The position numbers and the translations under genes were made by a program. From a virus (taxonomy: Duplodnaviria > Caudoviricetes): a stretch of DNA of 64,000 nt. The first letter of the stretch is position 1, and the number at the start of each line of letters is the position of its first letter. Positions 1-9,814 of the stretch are shown in pieces. The notes beneath the pieces were generated by a model, which worked only from the letters and a program-made list of their open reading frames with translations, was not told the origin of the DNA and did no database searches. Where the stretch lies: IMG/VR virus record IMGVR_UViG_2775507243_000004, positions 1 to 64,000 of that record; one strand, written 5' to 3'.

Positions 1-630
1 ATGGACATTGGGAAAATTGAAATAAAGCTGGATAAATGCTGGGAGCTACAAGATCTTTCAGTATTCACCAAACAGTACGTTCAGCTATACAGCTTTTTCT
101 ATGTTCTCAAGTGTGTAGATGAAGGAATGTATGTCGGGCTGAATTTCTCCACCTACCCATGGGGCGGTGGTTACAGTGTTGTTAATTTCTTCAAAGGTTC
201 CTACGGCTTAACTCCAGATGAGTACCGTCTTCAAGTAAACAAAATTCAGTATGCTTCACCTGGATTTATTGAGCTTAGTGGTGCTATAGCCATCGCCTCA
301 GATGTAAGTATTTTAGTTAGCGCACTATGTGCATCAGCTTTAGCTCTCAACAAAACATACGATACAATAGTAAAAAGTTATCACAGCAGAAGGTTAGGCC
401 AAATCAAAGTTCAAGAAGCCGAATCAAAATTAATGCAAGACGATATCGCATTTATACAGCAATCAATTAAGCGCTTATATTCCGAATTCAAATTACGCCC
501 TGAGCAAATAAACGCAATACAAAAAATCACAAACGGCAATGACCTTATACAGTTAAAAATTCTTTTGGCACTATATCGTCGAGCAGAACCAATTCAAGGG
601 CAGCAGTCGTCAGGAAAAGCACGGTTGTAA
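1..630 (+). CDS. Hypothetical protein in an integron gene cassette (start may lie upstream)
   Basis: 209-aa AT-rich ORF whose stop is followed directly by an attC. Confidence 0.75.
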   Translation: MDIGKIEIKLDKCWELQDLSVFTKQYVQLYSFFYVLKCVDEGMYVGLNFSTYPWGGGYSVVNFFKGSYGLTPDEYRLQVNKIQYASPGFIELSGAIAIASDVSILVSALCASALALNKTYDTIVKSYHSRRLGQIKVQEAESKLMQDDIAFIQQSIKRLYSEFKLRPEQINAIQKITNGNDLIQLKILLALYRRAEPIQGQQSSGKARL

Positions 631-632
631 TT

Positions 633-707
633 ACATAACAAATGGTTCAAATCGTTTGCTCCGCTCACTAACACGGGATAAAGCCTCTCCTTAACCAAAC
701 GTTAGGT
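633..707 (+). other. attC site
   Basis: ACATAAC...GTTAGGT cores; L boxes TGGTTCAA/TTAACCA with an extrahelical base. Confidence 0.85.
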
Positions 708-814
708 CTTAGCAAAAAATATACATATGACCAAACATACAATACAAAACTACTACATCTCATACGAACAACAAACAAATCATGATATTGAGGGGAAAGG
801 AACCCATTGCTTCC

Positions 815-901
815 GTTTAAGTCGCGGTTTTATGGTTTTTCTGCGCAAAAGTATTCCATAAAACCACAACTTAAAAACTGCCGCTGAACTCGGCGCTAGG
901 G
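815..901 (+). other. Truncated attC (3' part only, degenerate core GCTAGGG)
   Basis: Hairpin TTTAAGTCGCGGTTTTATGG...CCATAAAACCACAACTTAAA followed by CTGCCGCTGAACTCGGCGCTAGGG; no R'' box. Confidence 0.65.
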
Positions 902-906
902 TCGCT

Positions 907-1335
907 ATGCACTTAATAAACAAGCTTTCCGAAAAAATGATGGAGCATATAGCCGAAGCAGCTATTGCTTCAGTATCCGTCTTGCTTGTTTTTGCCGCAA
1001 AAGAACTTTCCCCTATAGTTTTACCGCTAATTGAAAGTAAACTTTCCAATCAAACATTGCTGTCTCTTTTTCTGGCTTCATTAGCAATAAATTTAATTTT
1101 GGCAGTCCTCATATATGTGGCATCTAAAAAACCAGACTTTAATTTGAAATATGGCATTTACTGGGACAGTAAAAAAAACCCTCATTGTCCAGCATGCCAA
1201 AAACCTGTTGCAGGCTACAGTGACTACGGGGCATCGGGAAAAGGCTATTATTGCAAACCATGTAAACAGATTTTTCCACTAACTGATGTATCTGGTAATG
1301 ACATATCACCCAGCCAAGCAATTAGTGAACTTTAA
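907..1335 (+). CDS. Cassette-encoded membrane protein with C-terminal Zn ribbon
   Basis: Two hydrophobic segments, CPAC...CKPC. Confidence 0.75.
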   Translation: MHLINKLSEKMMEHIAEAAIASVSVLLVFAAKELSPIVLPLIESKLSNQTLLSLFLASLAINLILAVLIYVASKKPDFNLKYGIYWDSKKNPHCPACQKPVAGYSDYGASGKGYYCKPCKQIFPLTDVSGNDISPSQAISEL

Positions 1336-1394
1336 CCCTGGCCCATCCATCAAGCGGGGCCTGCTAAAGCCACCCCTTATGTCAAACGTTATGT
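1336..1394 (+). other. Short attC with degenerate R'' (CCCTGGC)
   Basis: CCCTGGC-CCATC-CATCAAG...CTTATGTCAAAC-GTTATGT. Confidence 0.7.
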
Positions 1395-1409
1395 TGCAAA
1401 GGAGGTTCA

Positions 1410-1829
1410 GTGAGTACCGGCATATTCTCTCTTATCGGTTTAGTAGTAGGCGCAGTATTACAGTTTCTGTTCTCTCGGCACCTCGATAACAAAAAACATC
1501 AACGTGACTTAAGGGCAAAGGCATACGCCGACTACCTACAGTGCGTAAGTGAACATGCAAATCTCGGACACCAAAGAAATTCAGCAGAGGGCCGCCAACT
1601 TAGAGCCAAAACCTCTGACTCCAAATGCAGAATTTCACTTTACGGTGCACCGGCTGTGATTTCTGCATTTGCAAAATTTGAGCGACTCGGCGCGACAATG
1701 AATACAAATGAACAGTGCGGTGCCTTCACAAACATGGTGGCAGCCATGCGCAAAGATGCTCTTGGAAACTCATCTGTAGCCCCGGCCGATCTCGAAGCTG
1801 TATTACTTGGTTCGCGTCATGCAACATAA
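1410..1829 (+). CDS. Cassette-encoded hypothetical protein with N-terminal TM helix
   Basis: GGAGG RBS, GTG start; cassette bounded by GTTATGTTGC / GCAACATAAC complementary cores. Confidence 0.8.
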   Translation: MSTGIFSLIGLVVGAVLQFLFSRHLDNKKHQRDLRAKAYADYLQCVSEHANLGHQRNSAEGRQLRAKTSDSKCRISLYGAPAVISAFAKFERLGATMNTNEQCGAFTNMVAAMRKDALGNSSVAPADLEAVLLGSRHAT

Positions 1830-1890
1830 CAACTGGTTCAAATCGCTCGCTGGGACGGGCTAAAGCCCACCTCTTAGCCAAACGTTAGGC
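1824..1890 (+). other. attC site
   Basis: ACATAAC...GTTAGGC; same family as attC 633-707. Confidence 0.85.
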
Positions 1891-1907
1891 CTCACGTAGG
1901 AACGCCG

Positions 1908-2186
1908 ATGATGAACTATCCAAAGATCCTACCCACGCTACCACACGTGCTTCACGAGTGGATCGAGATCCAAGTCTGGCAGCAAGATCGAAACACATTT
2001 GTCGTCAGCGGTTCGTATTCCCAAGATGGCCTGCAGATGCACATCTACAATGATGCGCTCATTGCCTCGTATTCGACTCATGAAGAGGCTATTGAAGTTG
2101 GAAAGGCAATCGCGCGGCAAGCCAGCGCCGCTCGACTCATCGCCAGCTTGCCCTTCTGCTGCAGCTTTAAAGAAGGCGAACCATGA
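1908..2186 (+). CDS. Hypothetical protein, last (probably truncated) cassette
   Basis: Starts just after the attC core with an AGGA RBS; no downstream attC. Confidence 0.5.
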   Translation: MMNYPKILPTLPHVLHEWIEIQVWQQDRNTFVVSGSYSQDGLQMHIYNDALIASYSTHEEAIEVGKAIARQASAARLIASLPFCCSFKEGEP

Positions 2187-2389
2187 GTAATTCCACCTCA
2201 AAATAGTCATAAACAGGAGTAGGCTTACGCCCCCTTGAAAAAAGGTATTGTGTCCCTTGCAACAATCAGCAAGAAACCCGCAAATAGTGCAAGCTTTTAT
2301 AGGCATACTTTTTGCGGCATAGGCCCATATTTGGCGCGGCTTAAGCCTTCATCATGCAGGTGCATAAAAAATAGCGTGTTAAGTGGGCA

Positions 2390-2408
2390 GGCGTGGCGGG
2401 GTCACGAG
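2390..2408 (+). other. P2-family cos site
   Basis: GGCGTGGCGGGGTCACGAG resembles the 186/phiCTX cohesive end (GGCGTGGCGGGG...); lies downstream of the portal gene. Confidence 0.8.
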
Positions 2409-2456
2409 GGCGCGCGCTGGGGGCTGAGGCAGATTCTTCTCAACATGCAGGCTCAA

Positions 2457-2482
2457 AATAAGCCCGCAATTGCGGGCTTATT
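2457..2482. terminator. Palindromic terminator after tai4
   Basis: AATAAGCCCGCAATTGCGGGCTTATT. Confidence 0.7.
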
Positions 2483-2487
2483 ACGGA

Positions 2488-2850
2488 CTACTGACTTATA
2501 TAACGATCTTGCTCTTTAATGAGGCGGTCATAGTCCGGCCTTTCATAAGCATCCAAACATTTCATGACGGTAAGCTCTTCCCCTGATTGTTGACCAACAA
2601 GCCTACTCTTTTTCAGATACGCATCAAAATACCCTCGCACCTTTACATAAGCGGCTTCATCATCATGGCTGCCAAGTTGGAAGTATCCTCCCCTAGCAAG
2701 CCCAGCCTCTTTTTTCAATTGCTCATTTGAGCTCAGACAATACGCAAGTCCCCATTTCTTAAGAATGCTGCGCGTCTCTGTCACTTTAGTGGCTGAAATA
2801 GCCATTGCTGGGTAAATAAATAAGATGATAACTATCAGCCTCTTAATCAT
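2488..2850 (-). CDS. T6SS amidase immunity protein, Tai4-like
   Basis: Signal peptide, LKKWGLAYCL and KCLD motifs, ATGA overlap with the amidase. Confidence 0.8.
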   Translation of the reverse strand: MIKRLIVIILFIYPAMAISATKVTETRSILKKWGLAYCLSSNEQLKKEAGLARGGYFQLGSHDDEAAYVKVRGYFDAYLKKSRLVGQQSGEELTVMKCLDAYERPDYDRLIKEQDRYISQ

Positions 2851-3389
2851 TTCAACTCCCAAAAAAACACATCAATTGTTTGTACATCGGGTCTGCCTGG
2901 ATGCGTAAAATAGCAATGATCACCACAATCCGAGCCATTCCAAAGAGTTACATGCCCCGATGCATTGCCCCAACCTGATACCGTAAATATAAGAATTCCA
3001 TTCTTCCCTTTAAAATTTTCTGATACGTCTTTTCCATTCGCTTTTACCGAAACATCAGGGCTACCAAAATTAGCCTTCACAAAAGAAATCATATCTTTTA
3101 CGCGTAACAAATAATTTTTATCATCACCACCTTTTACTTTATAACCTGGCCCCCCTTTCGTTATAGTTACTCCGCCATAATTGAATGACCGGCTTAAACG
3201 AAGAGCACACGCATTTGCATAATCAGCAGGATTTACTTTAAAGAGTTCATAGGCATTACCACCTACTAATTTATAAACACTTGGAGCATCCATATGCACG
3301 GGATACTTTGACCAAACATCATTAAATTTAGGTCTATTAACTTTAATCCTTGCACTTTGACTACCTGCTGTTGCTTGTATTTGTCCCAT
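2847..3389 (-). CDS. T6SS peptidoglycan amidase effector, Tae4 family
   Basis: NACALRLS (catalytic Cys) and GHVTLWNG (catalytic His). Confidence 0.88.
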   Translation of the reverse strand: MGQIQATAGSQSARIKVNRPKFNDVWSKYPVHMDAPSVYKLVGGNAYELFKVNPADYANACALRLSRSFNYGGVTITKGGPGYKVKGGDDKNYLLRVKDMISFVKANFGSPDVSVKANGKDVSENFKGKNGILIFTVSGWGNASGHVTLWNGSDCGDHCYFTHPGRPDVQTIDVFFWELK

Positions 3390-3398
3390 TTTCAATCC

Positions 3399-4031
3399 TT
3401 AAGCTGAAGCATAAATTTCTACCGAATGATCTTTTAAAGCATTCATTATTTTGGCCTTCCCATCGGCTTGCACAATAGCGGTCAATGTAATTTGAGCAAC
3501 ACCTTCTGCAAGCTCATGTTCATCTCCACCACTAATAATGACCTCTACAGACTCCCCCGCTTGGTAATTTAAAGTTTCCACATGCACATTTATATCTGAA
3601 TAAAATCTAGATACATCAGCAAGAGGGGTTTCGTCCTCCCCATAGCTCCAATAAATACGCTTAATTTCTTTTTCTTTTACAATAGGGCTTACCAAACTTG
3701 ATAAAGCAGCCGCAATAACAGCAGGCGCTTTGCTCTTAGAAACGGGTAAAGCAGCTCCGCTTGGGGCCTCAATCATTGCATACTTTTGAGTTGCAATAAG
3801 CGTCGCACCACACGACGTTAACATCCCCTCAACCGCAACATTTTTTCCTAAATATGAAACGCCCACTACTCCTGCAACAATAACAAATTGGCACTTACAC
3901 TTTGGGCAAACGCCTTTATGTCCGACACCTGCAGCAGGTTTTCCATAAATATTAATACTTGCAAAACCTTCAATAACTGTACCACCATGTGAGGTAGGAT
4001 CGCCCTCTCTTATTATTGCTTTAAGACCCAT
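3399..4031 (-). CDS. PAAR-domain protein with C-terminal extension
   Basis: GDPTSHGGTV, GKPAA, CPKC, TSCGATLI. Confidence 0.9.
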   Translation of the reverse strand: MGLKAIIREGDPTSHGGTVIEGFASINIYGKPAAGVGHKGVCPKCKCQFVIVAGVVGVSYLGKNVAVEGMLTSCGATLIATQKYAMIEAPSGAALPVSKSKAPAVIAAALSSLVSPIVKEKEIKRIYWSYGEDETPLADVSRFYSDINVHVETLNYQAGESVEVIISGGDEHELAEGVAQITLTAIVQADGKAKIMNALKDHSVEIYASA

Positions 4032-4242
4032 TTAATGTTCCTCAAAATATAATCACTTATTCAAATTGATTAAACTTAAAAAATGCACCCTATTAGTTCA
4101 GTGACACGCTTAAGTTACAGAATACATATACAGCATCTTTAAATTTTAAATAATTATTTAAATACCTTACTAAGCGCATATTCAAAAAGCATATAGATAA
4201 CTTACGCCAAAATATTCCATATAGATAAATTAGCTATTCAGA

Positions 4243-4268
4243 TAAAAAAAGCCCGCGATTGCGGGCTT
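4243..4268 (-). terminator. Terminator after the portal gene
   Basis: AAGCCCGCGATTGCGGGCTT hairpin with T-tract on the minus strand. Confidence 0.75.
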
Positions 4269-4287
4269 GCTGTTTGCTTGGTTTTTT

Positions 4288-5310
4288 TTACGACAGCACG
4301 TAAGGATTGAAGCGGATCACCTCCACCCCCAGCCAGTCGTTCAGCTCCTTCATCCGCTCCTGCAATGGCTCAATCTCGTTATATGCAAACACGGTCGCGG
4401 CCTTCTCCACGTCACCCAAACCGCCAGTATTGTTGGGGATAATGCCCATCAGTTGCGCGGGTACGCGGTGGGCACTAAGTTGGTCGTCACGGGTTACGTT
4501 CTTGATGTTCCAGAAGTCGTCCTTAGCCGCCACTTCTGAGATAGGCAGAATCTGCATACCGTCTTTCTTGCCGCCAGGCGCGTACACCATTAAGTTTTTA
4601 AAATTGCCCGGGCCTTTGCTGCCTTGTAATGCCGTGCGTAAATCATCGATATAACTTTCATTTTGCGCGGCGTCCGTCATGTACAGGATAAAACCAGCGT
4701 GGCTGCCATTGGCGAAGTAGCGGCGGCGAAACAGCGTGGCCGATTCATTGAGCCAAGTTGAATTAAGCGCCGACAGGTATTCAGGCAGGCCGTAAATCTC
4801 CTGATTAATATCTGGCTCTAATAAATGGAAGATGGCCCCTTGCTGGAACTGGTGCTCGTTGGCGTAATCAAGGATCTGAAAATATTGCTCTTCTTTCATC
4901 CCTACCCGCATATATTTAGCCAGCGCATGTTTCAGGCCCAGCACCTTGCCGGTGCGGCTGGTAATCTTCTCAAAGTATGAATTGCCAAAGATCAGGTAAT
5001 CAAGCGCGAACTTGGAGAACTCCGACCGGCTTAACAGCGGGTGCGGGATAAAGGTTTTTAACAGGATATTGCGCTTAACTTGCAGCGGGCTGGAATGGTG
5101 AACCGTAGCGCGGTAAGTCTTAGCCAAGCCATCAAACGACATCGGCGGCTCGTACCATTTGCCATTGTTCACGCACTCTAAAAAGTCCAGCAGCTCACGG
5201 CGATCGAGCACGGCGGAAGGCTCGCCAAAGGTGAAGGCCACGGAGTGATCAGGCGCTTTTGCTTCTGGCGTTAAGGTTGTTTTTGCTTGGTAGTAAGATT
5301 GTTTTTTCAT
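4288..5310 (-). CDS. Portal protein (P2 gpQ)
   Basis: WYEPP, HHSSPLQVKRN, QEIYGLPEY, GSHAGFI motifs. Confidence 0.95.
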   Translation of the reverse strand: MKKQSYYQAKTTLTPEAKAPDHSVAFTFGEPSAVLDRRELLDFLECVNNGKWYEPPMSFDGLAKTYRATVHHSSPLQVKRNILLKTFIPHPLLSRSEFSKFALDYLIFGNSYFEKITSRTGKVLGLKHALAKYMRVGMKEEQYFQILDYANEHQFQQGAIFHLLEPDINQEIYGLPEYLSALNSTWLNESATLFRRRYFANGSHAGFILYMTDAAQNESYIDDLRTALQGSKGPGNFKNLMVYAPGGKKDGMQILPISEVAAKDDFWNIKNVTRDDQLSAHRVPAQLMGIIPNNTGGLGDVEKAATVFAYNEIEPLQERMKELNDWLGVEVIRFNPYVLS

Positions 5311-7062
5311 TTAGTAGATCGCCATAAAGCTGGAATTGGTGGAAGTCGAGCCCTCGAGCGGCTCATTGAGTAGCGCGTGCATACATGCCCAAGCTAAGTC
5401 AGCGTGGCTAACTTCTTCGGAGCGGCTGGCCGTGTAAGTGACTTGCCGCCCGCTGGTCGTCATGGTTTTTTGAATCGCCATAAATGCGGCGGCAAGATCC
5501 GTCCAGCCCGCGTCAAACTCCAAACGCCCATTGCGGATCACGTCTTGGGCCTTCATCACTAAGCGCCCTTTCATCTCCACGCTGTAATTGATGGCCTTAG
5601 CCGCTGGGTAGAACTGTTTAACCAGTTGATAAACGCCTTGCCCAATACCGGTGGTATCGATGCCGATATAAGCGACGTTGTATTGGCTGCAGATATCCTT
5701 AATCCCTTGGGCCTGCGCGGCAAAGTCCATGCCTTTCCATTGGCGCTTTTCTAACACGCGAAACTTGCCGCCAGGCACCAGCGGCGGGGCCAGTACGATC
5801 AGGCCCGCGCTATCGCCAGATAAAGCGGGGTCGTAACCAATCCATACAGGCCAGTAACCAAAAGGACGCGGGGCAATGGCTTTGAAGTCTTCCCATTTTT
5901 CCCAGCTATCGACCATGCACTTTTGCAATTCAGATAAGGGAAAGATGCTGGCGCTATCATCGATAAACTCACACATCAGCAAGTTTTGATAATCGTTGGG
6001 GTTGTATCGTTTTTTGATCTTGTCCAGATCAAACAGATTACAGCCACCTTCAATCGCGTCTTCAATCGTCACGACTTGCCGCCACTGATCGTCCTCACAG
6101 AGGCGACCTTTGGCGAGGCTGGCCGGTTTAACATCGAGCAGGATGCGATCAGCTTTAGCGCGGCCTTTATTGAAGGCATCGCCCGACCAGAACGGGTACG
6201 CATCGTGGTTTAGACTGGAAGGCGTCGAAAAGTAGGTTTGCCGCCAGTGCGAATGCAGGGCCATACCCGAAGCGACTTTTTGGAGTTCCTGAAAGCGCGG
6301 AATCCAGAAATACTCATCGACATATAGATTGCCGGTGTAGCTCTGCGCGGTGCGGGCGTTGGTGCCCAAGAAGTGCAGCGTTGCGCCGTTCGGTAAGACG
6401 ATGGGATCGCCTTTTAACTCTAAATCGGCGGCCTCTTTGGCAAAGGCGATAATGTATTGCTTGAATACATGCGCCTGCGCCTTACTGGCACTTAAAAAGA
6501 TCTGATTGCGGCCTGTCTCCATCGCATCAAACAGCGCCTCCCGGGCGAAGTACCAAGTCGCGCCAATTTGACGAGACTTTAAGACATTGCGAAAGGTGTG
6601 TTTCTTACCTGCATCAAACCAGCCGTGCTGATAGCCAAACAAAGAATCCATAAAGGCTTCTTTGATTAAAGCGACGTGCTCCTCGTTGAAATCGTTCTTA
6701 ACGGCTTTCTTGCGCTCTGCTTTGTTGCGGCTGGCGATATTGGGGTTTAGGTCGGCTTCATTACCGCCGCCGGTGTATTTATTAATCCTTGCGATACGTT
6801 CCATTTGCCGTGAAAGCAAATCAATTTCTTTAAAGTCGATACCCTCTTTTTTATCCTTATTTAAAAGCAAGATATAGCGCGATTCCAGCGACTCTTCGAC
6901 ACGCTCGATCAGCTTCTTTTTGTCCCATTCATCGCGCCGTTTCCAGCTATGCACCGTGGCGGGTTTTTCGCCTAACGATTCCGCAATCCGTGAAATACGC
7001 CAGCCTGCCCAATACAGCTGGCGAGCCTCAATACGCGGGTCTTTGCTCTTTATATTTTCCAT
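5311..7062 (-). CDS. Terminase ATPase subunit (P2 gpP)
   Basis: KSRQIGATWYFAREA, YVDEYFW, GYDP, HADLAWA. Confidence 0.95.
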   Translation of the reverse strand: MENIKSKDPRIEARQLYWAGWRISRIAESLGEKPATVHSWKRRDEWDKKKLIERVEESLESRYILLLNKDKKEGIDFKEIDLLSRQMERIARINKYTGGGNEADLNPNIASRNKAERKKAVKNDFNEEHVALIKEAFMDSLFGYQHGWFDAGKKHTFRNVLKSRQIGATWYFAREALFDAMETGRNQIFLSASKAQAHVFKQYIIAFAKEAADLELKGDPIVLPNGATLHFLGTNARTAQSYTGNLYVDEYFWIPRFQELQKVASGMALHSHWRQTYFSTPSSLNHDAYPFWSGDAFNKGRAKADRILLDVKPASLAKGRLCEDDQWRQVVTIEDAIEGGCNLFDLDKIKKRYNPNDYQNLLMCEFIDDSASIFPLSELQKCMVDSWEKWEDFKAIAPRPFGYWPVWIGYDPALSGDSAGLIVLAPPLVPGGKFRVLEKRQWKGMDFAAQAQGIKDICSQYNVAYIGIDTTGIGQGVYQLVKQFYPAAKAINYSVEMKGRLVMKAQDVIRNGRLEFDAGWTDLAAAFMAIQKTMTTSGRQVTYTASRSEEVSHADLAWACMHALLNEPLEGSTSTNSSFMAIY

Positions 7063-7108
7063 AGCCAAAGGCTAAGGCAATCAAAAGCAGAAGTATTTTG
7101 TTGCCTTT

Positions 7109-7127
7109 TGTGAAATGGGAATCCACA
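7109..7127. promoter_or_regulatory. Late activator box TGT-N13-ACA for the divergent P/O promoters
   Basis: TGTGAAATGGGAATCCACA inside GCCTTTTGTG...CACAAAAGGC; -10-like hexamers 35 nt away on both sides. Confidence 0.7.
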
Positions 7128-7221
7128 AAAGGCGCTAATTGATGGGGGTTTAATTTGTGTTGATAGTGGGGGCTACCGAGATAAGACACTTATTCAATTA
7201 AAATAAATCGCAGAAGGATAT

Positions 7222-8009
7222 ATGAAATATAAATCTTTTCGAGTTGCCACCGAAGGCTCCACCACAGATGGCCGCAAGATCACCCGTGAATGGCTTAGCC
7301 AGATGGCTAAGAATTACAACCCTAAGCAATTTGGGGCGCGCATTAATTTAGAGCACATCAAGGGCCTTTATCCAGATAGCGTGTTTAAAGCCTATGGCGA
7401 TGTGATTGCGGTATCCGTCAAAGAAGAAAACGGCGCAATGGCGCTCTTTGCCACCATCGACCCGACAGCCGATCTGATCAAGATGAATAAAGAACGGCAA
7501 AAGGTTTACACCTCTATCGAAGTAGACCCGACTTTGCAGGCTCAGGCGAAGCCTATCTGGTGGGCCTTGCTGTCACCGATAACCCCGCCAGCTTAGGCAC
7601 AGAGATGCTGCAATTCTCTGCCACCGCTGGAAATAACAGCCCGCTATTTTCCCGTAAAACAAATAAAGCATGTTTGTTTACGGATGCCATTGAATTTGCG
7701 CTCGAAGAAGAGCAAGAGGAAGCCCCCACCGTGTCTATTTTAGATTCAGTTAAAAAAATCTTTGCCAAAAAAGAAGTACAAACCAATCAGCAATTCTCAG
7801 ATATTCAGCAAGCCATTGAAGCCGTAGCCGAGTATCAAGCCGAAACCGCCGAAGGCCATAGCACGCTCAATAGCCGTATGGATGAATTAAACGCCAGCAT
7901 TACCGAATTACGTGAATTCAAATCAAAGATTGAAAACGAACCGGCGCACTTATCAGGTAATCGGGACAAAGCCACCGGCGGCACAGTGTCTTTAGAAACA
8001 GACTGCTGA
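7222..8009 (+). pseudogene. Capsid scaffold/protease gpO, frameshifted near 7531
   Basis: FRVATEGSTTDGR...YTSIEVDP continues as FAGSGEAYLVGLAVTDNPASLGTE in another frame. Confidence 0.85.
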
Positions 8010-8066
8010 TTAATTAATATCCCGCCATTCAACAAAAACAATTCAATACCCGATTAAGGAAACACC

Positions 8067-9158
8067 ATGCGCAATGAAACGCGAATTGCCTATAACGCTT
8101 TTGAAAAAAAAGTTGCTCAATTAAATAATGTTCCCGCCGCAAATAAAACCTTTACGGTTGATCCATCCATCCAGCAAAAGCTAGAAAACCGTGTGCAACT
8201 ATCGAGCGCCTTCCTCGGTAAGATCAATATGCCCTCTGTCACCGAGATGGAAGGCGAAAAGCTGGGCCTGGGCGTGACCAGCACAATTGCGGGCCGTACC
8301 AATACTAAAAAGAACCCGCGTAAACCGCGTGACGTGACGGGATTGAGTTCTGGCCGCTATCGCTGTGTACAAACCAACTTTGATACCGGCATTAGCTACG
8401 CCAAGCTGGATATGTGGGCCAAGTTCCCAGACTTCCAGACCAAAATCCGCGACGTGATCGTCAAGCAGCAAGCGCTTGATCGAATCATGATCGGCTTTAA
8501 TGGTGTATCGGTGGCCGAAGACACCGACCGCGAGAAATTCCCGCTGCTGCAAGACGTGAACAAAGGCTGGCTTCAGCAGTACCGCGACAACGCGCCGACC
8601 AGTGTAATGACGGGCACAGAGAAGCAGCCCGATAAAATCATCGTCGGTAAAACCGAGGTCAAGGGCAAAGACAACGTCACCTGGGACACCGAAAAAGGCG
8701 AGTACAGCAACCTCGACGCGCTGGTGTTTGATGCAGTGAATACCCTGATTCATCCCGAGTACCGCGAAAACCCCAATTTAGTGGTGATCGTCTCCAGCGA
8801 ATTACTGGCAGATAAATACTTCCCCAAGATCAATAGCGAGCACGCGCCCACCGAAGAAATGGCGCTGGATATGCTGATTAGCCAAAAGCGCATTGGTGGC
8901 AAAACCGCCGTCACGGTGCCTTTCTTCCCGAAAGACAAAATGCTGATTCTGCCGCTGGCTAATTTGTCGCTGTACTGGCAAGAGGGAGGCCGCCGCCGTC
9001 ATGTGCGTGAAGAGCCGGACTATGACCAGATTGCCGATTACACAAGCTCAAACGACGCTTATGTCATTGAAGCGTATGAAGCGGGCTGCCTGATTGAAAA
9101 CATCGAGCTGCTACCCGAAGAGCGCACAGAAGAAAAACCCGCAGAGGCAGAAAAGTGA
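8067..9158 (+). CDS. Major capsid protein (P2 gpN)
   Basis: MRNETR, ALDRIMIGFNG, PLLQDVNKGWLQ. Confidence 0.95.
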   Translation: MRNETRIAYNAFEKKVAQLNNVPAANKTFTVDPSIQQKLENRVQLSSAFLGKINMPSVTEMEGEKLGLGVTSTIAGRTNTKKNPRKPRDVTGLSSGRYRCVQTNFDTGISYAKLDMWAKFPDFQTKIRDVIVKQQALDRIMIGFNGVSVAEDTDREKFPLLQDVNKGWLQQYRDNAPTSVMTGTEKQPDKIIVGKTEVKGKDNVTWDTEKGEYSNLDALVFDAVNTLIHPEYRENPNLVVIVSSELLADKYFPKINSEHAPTEEMALDMLISQKRIGGKTAVTVPFFPKDKMLILPLANLSLYWQEGGRRRHVREEPDYDQIADYTSSNDAYVIEAYEAGCLIENIELLPEERTEEKPAEAEK

Positions 9159-9814
9159 GCCCCGCAAAAGCCCACTTGCTACGCATGACAGCGGCTCAGC
9201 TCTCAAAAGAAAGCGGTTCTGGTGCCCATGTGAATGCCAGCGGCTACGCGCTGATGTTGCACAAGCTGGCGGGCGACAAGCGACGGCTTAAACAAATCCA
9301 ATCCCTTAGCCGCAAGATCGACGCTAAGCGCGAAATGCTGCCCGATTACGCGCCATGGATTAGCGGCGCTTTATCCGCCCAAGGTGGCGGGCAGGATGAA
9401 GTGCTGATGACGGTGATGGTGTGGATGATCGACACCGGCAACTTCACCGCAGCGCTGCCGATTGTGCGCTATGCAATCAAACATCGATTAGCGCTGCCGG
9501 ATCAGTACCAGCGCACCTTGGCGTGTTTAGTTGTCGAGGAAATGGCCGACACCGCCATGAATGGGCGGGTATTGGGCGAGGCCATTGATGTGGAAGGTCT
9601 ACAAGGCGCGGCTGAAATCACCCAAGCCGAAGATATGCCCGACCAAGTAAAGGCCAAGTTATTTAAGGCCATCGCTTACGGCCTATCCGAGCACAACAAA
9701 CCCGCTGCCGCCGACTATTTCCAGCAGGCCTTAGCGCTACACCCCAAGTGTGGCGTGATTAAGGATCTGGAACGGCTAAAGCGGGAAATGAAGAACATGG
9801 CCGCTGACAAGTAG
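9155..9814 (+). CDS. Terminase endonuclease subunit (gpM)
   Basis: MSPAKAH, QDEVLMTVMVW, DMPDQVKAKL. Confidence 0.9.
   Translation: MSPAKAHLLRMTAAQLSKESGSGAHVNASGYALMLHKLAGDKRRLKQIQSLSRKIDAKREMLPDYAPWISGALSAQGGGQDEVLMTVMVWMIDTGNFTAALPIVRYAIKHRLALPDQYQRTLACLVVEEMADTAMNGRVLGEAIDVEGLQGAAEITQAEDMPDQVKAKLFKAIAYGLSEHNKPAAADYFQQALALHPKCGVIKDLERLKREMKNMAADK

Noticed and set aside
633-1890. CRISPR array
   Set aside because: Repeats are non-identical hairpins separated by gene-sized ORFs, i.e. attC sites; no cas genes
2235-2519. 94-aa ORF spanning cos
   Set aside because: Overlaps cos and a terminator; no RBS or motif
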